NCBI GenBank assembly: GCA_030610945.1
Contig: JAUWQV010000001.1
Span: 124,246-188,245, forward strand
Reading direction: 5' to 3'
Origin: Methanocellales archaeon
GTDB taxonomy: Archaea > Halobacteriota > UBA148 > JAUWXC01
Length of the DNA: 64,000 bases
The notes below the pieces were generated by a model that was not told the origin of the DNA, did no database searches, and saw only the letters and a program-made list of their open reading frames with translations. Position numbers and translations under genes: made by a program. The stretch's first letter is position 1, and every line of letters starts with the position of its first letter. Positions 20,932 through 30,918 of this stretch are shown one piece after another.

Positions 20932-21531
20932 CTACACCACCCCCGTGATAATTCTCACTGCTATAAAGAACGCGAGCACCGTAAGCACGTCCCCAGCAGA
21001 GGTCACCATTGGCCCCATGACATTATCGGGATCGATTCCATGTTTGAATATCGTGAATGCAAATATTATAACCAAACCGATTAGTATGAATGCTGATAGC
21101 GCCCAAACCGTCAGAGATACTGCTGCCAGAGAAACTATGCCAATGCACTCTCTACCAAGCGCCAGCGTCATGGCATAAGCGAGAAACGCGATCACAACTG
21201 CCATTGTCGCCCCTTCTCCCAGCGACGCTATAACGCTGTGTACAAGGTTCTCATCGCCCCTCAAGTCCGGCTTGATGATGCCTTGATGTAAAGCAGACCC
21301 AAGCCTAGAGCCGAATGCACCGGCTATGCTGCCCCGCATTCCCAACAACGGCGGGATTAACACGAGCAGGCCTGGAAGAGTACTCAGCGCATCCTCCATA
21401 CTTGCGAGAACGACACCAGCGAACAGACCAGATATGATGCATACCAAGAGTGGCAGAGAGGACTGTTTGATGATAAAACGCACGCTGACATAGTCTTTTA
21501 GATATTTGGCCCCTTGCTCTTTATCCAGCAT
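20932..21531 (-). CDS. MgtE-family integral membrane subunit
   Basis: RGSIAGAFGSRLGSALHQG, IDPDNVMGPMVTSAGD. Confidence 0.85.
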   Translation of the reverse strand: MLDKEQGAKYLKDYVSVRFIIKQSSLPLLVCIISGLFAGVVLASMEDALSTLPGLLVLIPPLLGMRGSIAGAFGSRLGSALHQGIIKPDLRGDENLVHSVIASLGEGATMAVVIAFLAYAMTLALGRECIGIVSLAAVSLTVWALSAFILIGLVIIFAFTIFKHGIDPDNVMGPMVTSAGDVLTVLAFFIAVRIITGVV

Positions 21532-21610
21532 CTATAGTTTGTATCGCCCATTTCTTATTTAAGTGATTTGAAAAAGGGGCGCCTTTTAGTGGCTCAATAA
21601 AACTCGGGCA

Positions 21611-21721
21611 TCATCCTGGTTTTTCTTCTTTCTCTTCTTCTTTTTCCTTCTTTTTGATTGTCTTGGGCTTCTTCCAGGATTCCAGCATCTCTTTTAACTC
21701 TTTGATGGGCTCAAGTCTCAT
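21611..21721 (-). CDS. Putative 36-aa K/E-rich small protein
   Basis: Manual: MRLEPIKELKEMLESWKKPKTIKKKEKEEEKEEKPG*, AGGT upstream. Confidence 0.4.
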   Translation of the reverse strand: MRLEPIKELKEMLESWKKPKTIKKKEKEEEKEEKPG

Positions 21722-21749
21722 GATACCTAAAAAGTCTTTCTCAGATAAA

Positions 21750-21959
21750 TCAGTTGGGTCGCCTCAGCAAGTGAAAGAAAGCATTACCTGTACGAAAAAA
21801 GCGCTCAATCGTTTTTCCATACCCATTATACATCTTCTCATCCAGTTTTGTGACGGGCCCTCGAGCAAACCAGAGAAATGCCGCTGCCACCCTCTCATAT
21901 GCGCTACTTACGGCCCTGTCGAGTTCCAGTGCGAACCGCAGTATGGATGAAATTTTCAT
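21750..21959 (-). CDS. Hypothetical protein (69 aa)
   Basis: SD GAGGGG before ATG and TATA-like sequence upstream. Confidence 0.5.
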   Translation of the reverse strand: MKISSILRFALELDRAVSSAYERVAAAFLWFARGPVTKLDEKMYNGYGKTIERFFRTGNAFFHLLRRPN

Positions 21960-22030
21960 CTTCCCCCTCTTACTTTTGTAAATTGATAAAAATTGTGCTG
22001 TTAAAGAATATAAGGATTTTGCACAACATC

Positions 22031-22663
22031 CTACACATATTTTAAGATGCCCCTGAGGTCATGCACCACTACAGATGCGTGTTTAAGCAGCTCTGAATCA
22101 GGATTGAAGGCGATGCCCAATCCGGCACATCTTAGGAATGTGATGTCATACCTGCTATCACCCACAGCAACGCATTTTGCATTTGGTATATGCAATTTCT
22201 GCGTTAGGTTGCAAAAAGCTTCATCCTTCTTGACAACGTCCACATTGAGTATTTCTTCACCGGTCAGGCGGTCTTCTGCATCGCATACTAAATCGTTCGC
22301 CACTACATGCTCAATTCCCAATCTACCTGCAACACTTCGTGCCATGGCATTAAGTCCACCGGTGATAATGGCAGTTTTCACGCCCCTGCTCTTGAGATCT
22401 TTTACGACTTGCGCCGCATAGGGCATTAACTCGTAGTTGGACAGTACGTCTGTGATTTGCTGCATCGTGGGCCTAAAAGGGTGCCATAGGGCAGCGTCCC
22501 TCCGCATAAACTCGGCATAATCTATCCTCCCCTTGACATACTCTTTCAGGTTTCCCATTGCCGGCTCTATGGTGCCAAAATGCCTGTGCAACGTTCCCCA
22601 TGAATTTCTCCCCTTGACAAGAGTCCCGTCCATATCAAATGCGATAAGTTCGTATCGCGGCAT
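22031..22663 (-). CDS. HAD-IB phosphoserine phosphatase-like hydrolase
   Basis: FDMDGTL, TGG, K, VGDSRYD, AFNP. Confidence 0.88.
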   Translation of the reverse strand: MPRYELIAFDMDGTLVKGRNSWGTLHRHFGTIEPAMGNLKEYVKGRIDYAEFMRRDAALWHPFRPTMQQITDVLSNYELMPYAAQVVKDLKSRGVKTAIITGGLNAMARSVAGRLGIEHVVANDLVCDAEDRLTGEEILNVDVVKKDEAFCNLTQKLHIPNAKCVAVGDSRYDITFLRCAGLGIAFNPDSELLKHASVVVHDLRGILKYV

Positions 22664-22669
22664 GATAAA

Positions 22670-23038
22670 CTACGCCTTTACACAAAGTGCTTCATTCTCT
22701 TTCTTTGGCGCATTCTTGACGAACCTGTTCTCTAATTTAAAAGCATAAAAAAAGACGGGTGCCCCTTCTGGAACGTTTCGCCACAGAGACGTATCAATGC
22801 ATTCCGCCCCCAATTCATCAACAAGACCTTGATATGTAGCCGCTTCTATCCTGTAGATGCGTATTGCAAAATTTTCAAGCGCCCCGCTCTGCTTGTTTCT
22901 CACCCTGTAGATGCCTTTATTGTAAAATTTATCTGAGATGAATGTGCAGCTCCCGCTTTGGAGCGTTTCCTGGATTCGCAACGAGTCGAGAGGGATTAGA
23001 TGTCCAACCCGGCCGAGTTCTACCTGAAATTCATCCAT
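22670..23038 (-). CDS. Hypothetical protein
   Basis: Fills the gap between rnz and the HAD gene on the same strand. Confidence 0.6.
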   Translation of the reverse strand: MDEFQVELGRVGHLIPLDSLRIQETLQSGSCTFISDKFYNKGIYRVRNKQSGALENFAIRIYRIEAATYQGLVDELGAECIDTSLWRNVPEGAPVFFYAFKLENRFVKNAPKKENEALCVKA

Positions 23039-23088
23039 GTAAAAATAAATTAGGATTGTGCATATTTATAGATTCCGAGTTTGGCCCT

Positions 23089-23994
23089 CTATTTCGGATA
23101 CGGAATTACAATTTCTATGAATTCCTTCGCAATGGATGTGTTCTTGAAGACTGTCTTTGCTTCCTTCAATAATGGTGTTGCGTCTTCAGAATAGCGCGAG
23201 CTGATGTGGACCAACACGAGCTCTTTTACGCCCGCTTTGGATGCAACCGTTGCAGCTTCTTTTGCCGTAGAATGCCCGGATTCAATTGCCCAGTCTTGTA
23301 GATCGTCGCTTAAAGTGCCGTCATGTATGAGTAAGTTTGCATCCTTCGCTGCTTCTATCACGACGCTACAGGGCCTTGTGTCACCGGTGTAAACGATTTT
23401 TCTCCCAAGTCTCGAAGGACCTACAACCTGCTCTGGCTTGATTTCCTTGCCAGCAACGAACACGGATTTGCCTGAATGTAATTTCGAGAACAATGGGCCT
23501 GGTGGAACGCCCAATTCGATGGCTTTTTCTCTATCGAATCTACCCAGCAATGGCTTTTCCTCCAGCACATATCCGAGACTTGGAACGCCGTGGTCGGTTT
23601 TTATCGCCCTAACCGTATATTCGGGGTGTTCAACGACGTCGCCTGGTTTGAGCTCGTGGTCTTCAATCTTGAAACTCAGTTTGTAGTAGCCCAATCCGAT
23701 AAGTACCTTAACAAGTTCGCGAATCCATCTGGGTCCGTAGATGTGCAGTGGTTCGGTTCTCCCCTGGAAGCTCATGGTTTGTATCAGCCCAGGGACGCCA
23801 AGAAAGTGGTCCCCATGATAATGCGTGATGAAGATAGATGTGAGATTCATCATTCCTGTTTTTGCCCTCATCATCTGCTGCTGCGTCCCCTCGCCACAGT
23901 CGAACAAAAGGAGTTCTCCCTTTCGATTGACCATGACGGCTGAGGGATTTCTATTAGGTGTTGGAAGGGAGCCCCCTGTGCCAAGGAATATCAC
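23089..23994 (-). CDS. rnz: Ribonuclease Z
   Basis: FLGTGG, DCGEG, THYHGDH, GVPPGP exosite, GDT, HST, HISSRY. Confidence 0.97.
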   Translation of the reverse strand: MIFLGTGGSLPTPNRNPSAVMVNRKGELLLFDCGEGTQQQMMRAKTGMMNLTSIFITHYHGDHFLGVPGLIQTMSFQGRTEPLHIYGPRWIRELVKVLIGLGYYKLSFKIEDHELKPGDVVEHPEYTVRAIKTDHGVPSLGYVLEEKPLLGRFDREKAIELGVPPGPLFSKLHSGKSVFVAGKEIKPEQVVGPSRLGRKIVYTGDTRPCSVVIEAAKDANLLIHDGTLSDDLQDWAIESGHSTAKEAATVASKAGVKELVLVHISSRYSEDATPLLKEAKTVFKNTSIAKEFIEIVIPYPK

Positions 23995-24012
23995 TTTGAG
24001 CGTAACATCACC

Positions 24013-25035
24013 TCATTTTCTCAAGACGATTATCCGGCGGGTCAAACTTTTATGAACCCGCTGCCGATGGTGCCCGATGGTCGTGAAACCTGCATCCCCT
24101 GCAATTTTTTCTATGGGAATTTGTGACACCACTACGGCTTTGTTACCCGGCAGGAGGGTGCGATGTATTTCCTTTAATGAGCAATCATATAAATCTTCCA
24201 GTGACCTAGCCCTAAACAAGGCTGACCTGCCATACGGCGGATCCGTCACAACCGCATCCACTGAGTTGTCAGCCAATCCTAGATTGCGGGCATCGCCGAT
24301 CATCAACTCACCACTTATGCCATAGTGCCGTAGATTTGTGTTGGCGCCAAGTACCATCTTGCGCTGTACATCTGCGCCGACGCATCTGGCGCCGGTCAGC
24401 CCTGCCTCGATTAGTATGCCTCCAGTCCCGCAGAAGGGATCCAGTAATGTTCCTCCTCCGCAGATAGAGGAAATATTCACCAAGGCCCTTGCTACCCGCG
24501 GCAATAATGCCCCTGGGTGGAAAAATAGTCTGCGATGGGGGCGCCTGGATTCGTACTGGGTCCTGTCCACAGAATACATCAATTTGCCGAATGCGCATTT
24601 GCCTTGAGTAAGAACGAGGCGGAACACCACGTCAGGATTTTTGAGATCAACCCTATAGCCTCGCTTGTAAATAATGGCACCTGCCTGCTTCTCCAAGCCA
24701 GAAATATCAAGCATGTGTTCCTTGACCTGCTTAGCCCTCACGCAAAAGGTTTCGTCCTTTTTGAGGTTTAAATCCACAGTGCCAACTAAATCGGCGATTG
24801 AATCAGTGTCGGCAGGACAAACCCCGAGCACCTCTAAGATGTTGTGAGTCATGGCAAGGCGTGATGCAATGGACGGCATCTCCTCGATTTCGATGATGAA
24901 GAGCATATCCAAATCAGCGACTTCTTTAAAGCACGTGTCAAATGCCTCTAAGCAGCCTAAAACTTCTGCCTTGGGTAGTGTTTCATGCTCGCCTGACAGC
25001 TCAAATGCGACCTTCATGGTGGCAATATATTGCAC
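24013..25035 (-). CDS. tRNA (guanine-10-N2) methyltransferase, THUMP (Trm11/TrmG10)
   Basis: ELSGEH, FFHPG, DPFCGTGG, TDPPYG, VHKSLTR. Confidence 0.9.
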   Translation of the reverse strand: MQYIATMKVAFELSGEHETLPKAEVLGCLEAFDTCFKEVADLDMLFIIEIEEMPSIASRLAMTHNILEVLGVCPADTDSIADLVGTVDLNLKKDETFCVRAKQVKEHMLDISGLEKQAGAIIYKRGYRVDLKNPDVVFRLVLTQGKCAFGKLMYSVDRTQYESRRPHRRLFFHPGALLPRVARALVNISSICGGGTLLDPFCGTGGILIEAGLTGARCVGADVQRKMVLGANTNLRHYGISGELMIGDARNLGLADNSVDAVVTDPPYGRSALFRARSLEDLYDCSLKEIHRTLLPGNKAVVVSQIPIEKIAGDAGFTTIGHHRQRVHKSLTRRIIVLRK

Positions 25036-25109
25036 ACTGACCCCTTAAGTTTATATAAGGCGGAAAAAGTAAAGACCTTGTGTGTTAGGTGTTATACATG
25101 CTCTCCCCC

Positions 25110-25661
25110 ATGCACGTGAAAAAAAGCATTAAAATTGAGAATGTCGTTGCGTCCACGGCAATAGGGCAAGAGATAGACCTCAAGTCGATTGCACATAGAC
25201 TTGAAGACGCTGAATATGTGCCAAAACGGTTCCCGGGCCTGGTGTACAGAACCAAAAACCCTAAAACTGCCGCACTGGTATTCAGGTCCGGAAAGGTCGT
25301 GTGCACGGGTGCGAAGAGCGTAGGGGATGTTGCCGGAGGGCTGAAAAAAGTCTTCAAAAAAATGAGGGAGATCGGCATCGATGTCAAAGAAAGCCCGATA
25401 ACGATTCAAAATATCGTCGCGTCCGCTGACCTTGAGAAGGAGTTAAACCTGAATGCGATAGCCATCGGCTTGGGCTTGGAGAATGTCGAATACGAGCCTG
25501 AGCAGTTTCCAGGGCTGGTATACAGGTTATCAGAGCCAAAGGTAGTGATATTAGTATTTGGGTCCGGCAAGTTGGTAATCACTGGCGGCAAGAGGATAGA
25601 GGACGTTGAGGCGGCAGTGGAAAAAATTGCAAAGGATTTGGAAGGATTAAATATCTTGTGA
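25110..25661 (+). CDS. tbp: TATA-box binding protein
   Basis: Two repeats: ENVVAS/QNIVAS, FPGLVYR, FxSGK. Confidence 0.97.
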   Translation: MHVKKSIKIENVVASTAIGQEIDLKSIAHRLEDAEYVPKRFPGLVYRTKNPKTAALVFRSGKVVCTGAKSVGDVAGGLKKVFKKMREIGIDVKESPITIQNIVASADLEKELNLNAIAIGLGLENVEYEPEQFPGLVYRLSEPKVVILVFGSGKLVITGGKRIEDVEAAVEKIAKDLEGLNIL

Positions 25662-26325
25662 CTGGCCATATGAGCGAACTATGCGATATATTATGGGAAG
25701 CTTATGAGGGTTGCGGCGAACAATACAAGACATATACGCAACCCATATCAAAGTATATCAGAGAACACACTAAATCCACTCTAGCTCTGGCATTCTTGGC
25801 CGGCATCATATGTGGCGGCATACTGCAATCGGATATCGCCAAACTGCTGATGGTTACCTTGGTCGGTGGAATCCCTGGCGCAATCTCCCTTGGAACGCTG
25901 ATGGGGATGCACCCAGTTACCTGTGCATTGATAGCAGTTGCTGCCAATTTCGTCGTTGCCGCAGCAGCAATAAATTTCCTGTACTTCATAGAAAAAGAGC
26001 CAAAGGTTGCGATAATCGTGAACAGGATTAGAGGGCGTTTTTCTGGCTTCTTGGAGCCATTTATGAGATTTGCTGGGGAGAAGGGCGTTTTTCTTTCTGT
26101 AGTGCTGTTCACATTTGGCATAGGTCTGACAACGGTGTTCATAGTCGATTTGATTAAGGCGGATATACAAGATGCAAAGAAGGCGATACTACTTGGACTC
26201 GTCCTGGCAGCAGTTTTCTGGATAACAGTGTATCAGGTCTTGGTGACCGTCATACCGCCAACAGTTGTATCCATGGTAATCGTCGCTGCCATACTTCTTA
26301 TGGTATTCTATTCCAGGATAAGGGA

Positions 26326-27229
<904 letters not shown>

Positions 27230-27233
27230 TTAA

Positions 27234-28202
27234 TTACTTTTTCTTAAGCGATGGTATGATTTCCCTGCCCATTAGTTTAATGGCAGCAGATTTATCTGGA
27301 CCGATTGGCGAGCCGATTACGACCTGCGTAACGCCTAGCTCGTACAGTTCATGAATCCTTTGAAGGCAGTGCTCCGGTGAGCCGTAGATGGAAAATGCAT
27401 TGACCATTTTGTCTGTGACAGACGCAAACGCTGTGTGATAATCGCCCCTTGCAAGGGCAGTTCTAATATTCAGTGCCGTTTCAAGACTTATTCCATGCCG
27501 CCCCAATATGAATTTCGGCGTGCCCGCAACGATGTATGCGACGATGGGTAAAACGGCTTCCTTTGCCTTTTTTTCGTCCAGGTCAACAGAAAAGCTCGTG
27601 TACGCGGCTATGTCAAAGCCCTTCTTTATGTGCTTTAGCCTTGAAATTGCATACTTAAAATCCAGAGGATGTGAGGCGTTGATTAAAACGCCATCTCCGA
27701 TGAGGCTTGCTGTTTCGAGCATCCTGGGACCTTGAGCACCTATATAGATAGGTATCTTCGAGGCAGGGCAAGTCAACTGCGCACCATTCAGCTTGAAAAA
27801 TTCGCCATTAAACGTAACGCGCTCGCCTGTCAACAGGCACCTGATGATTTTTACTGCTTCCTTCAACCTTGCTACAGGTTTCTCGCGATGAATACCTATT
27901 GACGCCAGTGTGGTTTCATCGCCAGCGCCAACACCGAGCATGGCTCGCCCGCCAGAGACTTCATCAAGGGAAGCTACTGCAGATGCGGTCAGTGCAGGAT
28001 GGATGTGATACGGATTCGTGGCACCTGGGCCAAGTTTAACTTTTTCGGTCTTCTCTGCCAACAAGGATAATGCCACATAGGCGTTTCTGTTGTTGTAGTG
28101 GTCCGTAACCCAAACTGCGTCAAATCCGCATTCTTCAGCAAGAATGGCATGCGAAACCAGTTCGCTCAGCGGAATATTTGGAACAAATTCAATACCAAGC
28201 AC
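27234..28202 (-). CDS. mer: F420-dependent methylene-H4MPT reductase
   Basis: GIEFVP, TDHYNNRN, TNPY, GAQGPRML, INASHP, GSPIGP. Confidence 0.92.
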   Translation of the reverse strand: MLGIEFVPNIPLSELVSHAILAEECGFDAVWVTDHYNNRNAYVALSLLAEKTEKVKLGPGATNPYHIHPALTASAVASLDEVSGGRAMLGVGAGDETTLASIGIHREKPVARLKEAVKIIRCLLTGERVTFNGEFFKLNGAQLTCPASKIPIYIGAQGPRMLETASLIGDGVLINASHPLDFKYAISRLKHIKKGFDIAAYTSFSVDLDEKKAKEAVLPIVAYIVAGTPKFILGRHGISLETALNIRTALARGDYHTAFASVTDKMVNAFSIYGSPEHCLQRIHELYELGVTQVVIGSPIGPDKSAAIKLMGREIIPSLKKK

Positions 28203-28240
28203 TAAACCACCATATTAAGATAGTTCTTGAATTAAAAAGG

Positions 28241-28996
28241 CTACCGTTTCAATCTAATGTGCACCTGACCGGAAACGCGCAAGTTAAGCGCTTTTGTTGC
28301 ACTGCCCCCTCTCAGGGAAATTTCAAGAAAACCATGACTCCCGACCGTGAGCAATAGCCCAGATGCCTCCGCATATGCTCTGACGAATGGCATCCGCTGG
28401 CCGCATACTTCCGCCTCGTCGCCATAGCGCAGGTGCTGCAGGGCAAGCGAGCCCGGAATGTTGGTTATGAGGTTCCCAAACCCGTCAATGTAAATGACTT
28501 CGCCGCTCAGCGCTTCATTGGATGCTTCCACCTTGCCAAAGTCAAGGTTTATGAAATCGTCTATCGGTTTGAATCTCGAAATGCCATAGTCCTTGGACAA
28601 TTCTGCCGCCACAGGAGCGAAAACATCCCTGCCATGAAATGTGGCTGACTTTGGTGGTTCATGCTCGATAAGATATACCGTGAAATTGCCTAAACTCCTC
28701 GCTGCCGGAATCAGAAGACCGTTATCGGGTCCAACCAGATATTGCTCGCCTGCCTTAATTACCAGCGCGCGTCTCTTCGTGCCAACGCCGGGGTCGATGA
28801 CCGCTACGTGAATCGTTTTGTCTGGAAATTCCCTGGCAGCATACATCAACGCGAATGCACCCGCCCTAATATTCTGGGGCGGAACGTTGTGCGAGATGTC
28901 AATAATCGTGGCATCAGGATTAATTTTAAGAATAGCGGCCTTCATCAGCGCTGGATATAAATCTCCAAAGTCCGTGAGCAAGGTGATTATAGGCAT
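28241..28996 (-). CDS. SAM hydroxide adenosyltransferase (DUF62)
   Basis: ITLLTDFG, DPGVGT.R, GPDNG, TFHGRD, IDGFGN. Confidence 0.92.
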   Translation of the reverse strand: MPIITLLTDFGDLYPALMKAAILKINPDATIIDISHNVPPQNIRAGAFALMYAAREFPDKTIHVAVIDPGVGTKRRALVIKAGEQYLVGPDNGLLIPAARSLGNFTVYLIEHEPPKSATFHGRDVFAPVAAELSKDYGISRFKPIDDFINLDFGKVEASNEALSGEVIYIDGFGNLITNIPGSLALQHLRYGDEAEVCGQRMPFVRAYAEASGLLLTVGSHGFLEISLRGGSATKALNLRVSGQVHIRLKR

Positions 28997-29095
28997 AGTT
29001 ACACTACTTTCGTTTATCTCATTATCGACACGTATATTAAGCATCTCCTTAAACCATCGATTTTAAAGTTCAAAAGTGTGTAACTAGAAGTAAGA

Positions 29096-29347
29096 ATGTT
29101 AGAGATAAGAGTGAGAGTCGGACCAAAAGGACAGGTAGTTATCCCACAAGTGTTCAGGAAGGCACTAAAAATAGCCCCAAAATCTGAGGTGATTTTCAAG
29201 TTAGAGGACAACATACTCATTATCAAAAAACCAAGAAAGGATGTGATCAAGACTTTCGAAATGATTGCAAAGTCCCGCCCTATGTTCACCAGAAAAATGC
29301 ATCCGCATGAGGCATACGAAGAGGAACTTGCGACGAGGTTAGGATGA
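29096..29347 (+). CDS. AbrB/MazE family antitoxin
   Basis: VGPKGQVVIP..R..L.I. Confidence 0.88.
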   Translation: MLEIRVRVGPKGQVVIPQVFRKALKIAPKSEVIFKLEDNILIIKKPRKDVIKTFEMIAKSRPMFTRKMHPHEAYEEELATRLG

Positions 29348-29439
29348 TATGCATAGACTCCATGGTGCCCATCTATGTGATTTTGTATTCACTGCCGAAA
29401 AGAATAAATAGTATATACAATAACTTTTATGTGAGTTAA
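29344..29439 (+). pseudogene. Truncated VapC remnant
   Basis: ATGA overlap with the antitoxin stop; MICIDSMVPIYVIL resembles a PIN beta1/alpha1 start, then runs into the promoter of the next module. Confidence 0.55.
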
Positions 29440-29454
29440 TGTAAGTGATATAAT

Positions 29455-29658
29455 ATGCAATGCGAATTTCAACCCTCAAAACATGCCAAGGATCAGATGG
29501 TCCTTAGGGGCATTTCAAAAAGGGAGGTTTTGAATTGTATCTTGAAAGGAGCGAAAAGGTTGCAGGAAAAAAAAATCATTGGCATCTTCGGAAAATTGGA
29601 GGTTGTCTTTCAGAAGAGGCCTTGCCATTATTATATCATAACGACTTACTGGAGATGA
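29455..29658 (+). CDS. DUF4258 family putative toxin
   Basis: SKHAKDQM..RGI, C-terminal IITTY. Confidence 0.75.
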   Translation: MQCEFQPSKHAKDQMVLRGISKREVLNCILKGAKRLQEKKIIGIFGKLEVVFQKRPCHYYIITTYWR

Positions 29659-29659
29659 A

Positions 29660-29989
29660 TTGATGAAGTGCCCTATATGTGAAGAAGGTATGGAAAGAAA
29701 AAAGGTCCCATATACTGTAGGAAGTGTCAAACTCGGCATCTTTGAGGCAGATGTTTGCTCGTCTTGTAGTGAAATATTCTTTACAGAGAAGTCGTCTGAT
29801 GCCATAGATAGGAAGGCAAAGGAATTGGGACTCTGGGGGCTTGAGAAAAAAGGGAGGATTGGATATTCTGGAAATTCTCTCATCGTGAGAATCCCAAAAA
29901 AAGTGGCCGAATTCATGAAGCTGAAAAAAGGAGAGGGGGTTCTCATCAAGCCTGAAGGTAAAAAGCGGCTGGTCATCGAGATAGAGTAA
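29660..29989 (+). CDS. YgiT-type Zn finger + AbrB-like antitoxin
   Basis: CPIC...CSSC.E, then GNSLIVRIPK. Confidence 0.8.
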   Translation: MMKCPICEEGMERKKVPYTVGSVKLGIFEADVCSSCSEIFFTEKSSDAIDRKAKELGLWGLEKKGRIGYSGNSLIVRIPKKVAEFMKLKKGEGVLIKPEGKKRLVIEIE

Positions 29990-30012
29990 TTGATTACTGA
30001 AAAATGCCGCAG

Positions 30013-30915
30013 TCACACCAAATTCCTCAATCCAGCTTTCTCTACTATTTCCAATGCTCTTATGCGCTCCCCGGAGCTCAAGCGCCTGTTGATCTCAGGA
30101 TATTGATTCGCCCGGTGATAAGGCATGTACTGAAACATGAGGTTGAACCGCACCCCCGGCATGTGCTTCGCAACCCATGCAACAAGTGGCTTCGTACAGC
30201 ATTCGAGATGATTGGGCAATACAAGATGTCGTATAATAACATCCGCATCCTCGTGCGCTAACAGAAAGTTTCGCGTAGTAATGTCCCAGTAATTGTTTAC
30301 ATTTGAGTATTTCTTCGCGCACTCGTCATTTCCATACCTGAAATCCGCTAAATACACATCTATCACGCCGCTCAACAACTCCATCGCCTCTTTGGAGCAG
30401 TACATATTAGAATTCCATATCACGGGCGTGTTTACGTTGCATTTGTCCATGATTTGTAATATGGTGTGCAGGTGCGGTGTTGGGTCGCCGCCAACGAAGT
30501 TTACATTTTTCGCACCCTGATAGTTTCTCATTGCAATAATCTCTGCCATCCTCGCTGGCAAAACCGGCGTTCCAGACGTTGGAGCAGTCGATATATCCCA
30601 GTTCTGGCAGTAGACGCATGAAAAGGTGCAGCCCGTGAAGAAAATCGTGTGCGATGGCACCAATTCTGGCTCCTCGCCATAATGGAGAAACTCCGAGGCA
30701 TAGTACGAGACCGCCTCAACGCCGCAGTATCCGACTTCGTGCTCTAGCCGGTTCACACCACAGCGCCGCTCACAGAAATGGCAGTGCCGCAGTATTTCAT
30801 TTGCCTTTTCTATTTTCGCGCTTAATGACGAGGTTCGCTTTGCAAGCAGATATTTCGCTAAACACTTCCCGCTCAAAATGTCAAAATACCGCCCAATTCT
30901 TTGTACCTGCGACAT
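30013..30915 (-). CDS. Radical SAM protein (PflX-like)
   Basis: CHFCERRC, HYGEE, CTFSCVYCQN, RHLVLPNH. Confidence 0.9.
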   Translation of the reverse strand: MSQVQRIGRYFDILSGKCLAKYLLAKRTSSLSAKIEKANEILRHCHFCERRCGVNRLEHEVGYCGVEAVSYYASEFLHYGEEPELVPSHTIFFTGCTFSCVYCQNWDISTAPTSGTPVLPARMAEIIAMRNYQGAKNVNFVGGDPTPHLHTILQIMDKCNVNTPVIWNSNMYCSKEAMELLSGVIDVYLADFRYGNDECAKKYSNVNNYWDITTRNFLLAHEDADVIIRHLVLPNHLECCTKPLVAWVAKHMPGVRFNLMFQYMPYHRANQYPEINRRLSSGERIRALEIVEKAGLRNLV

Positions 30916-30918
30916 AGC

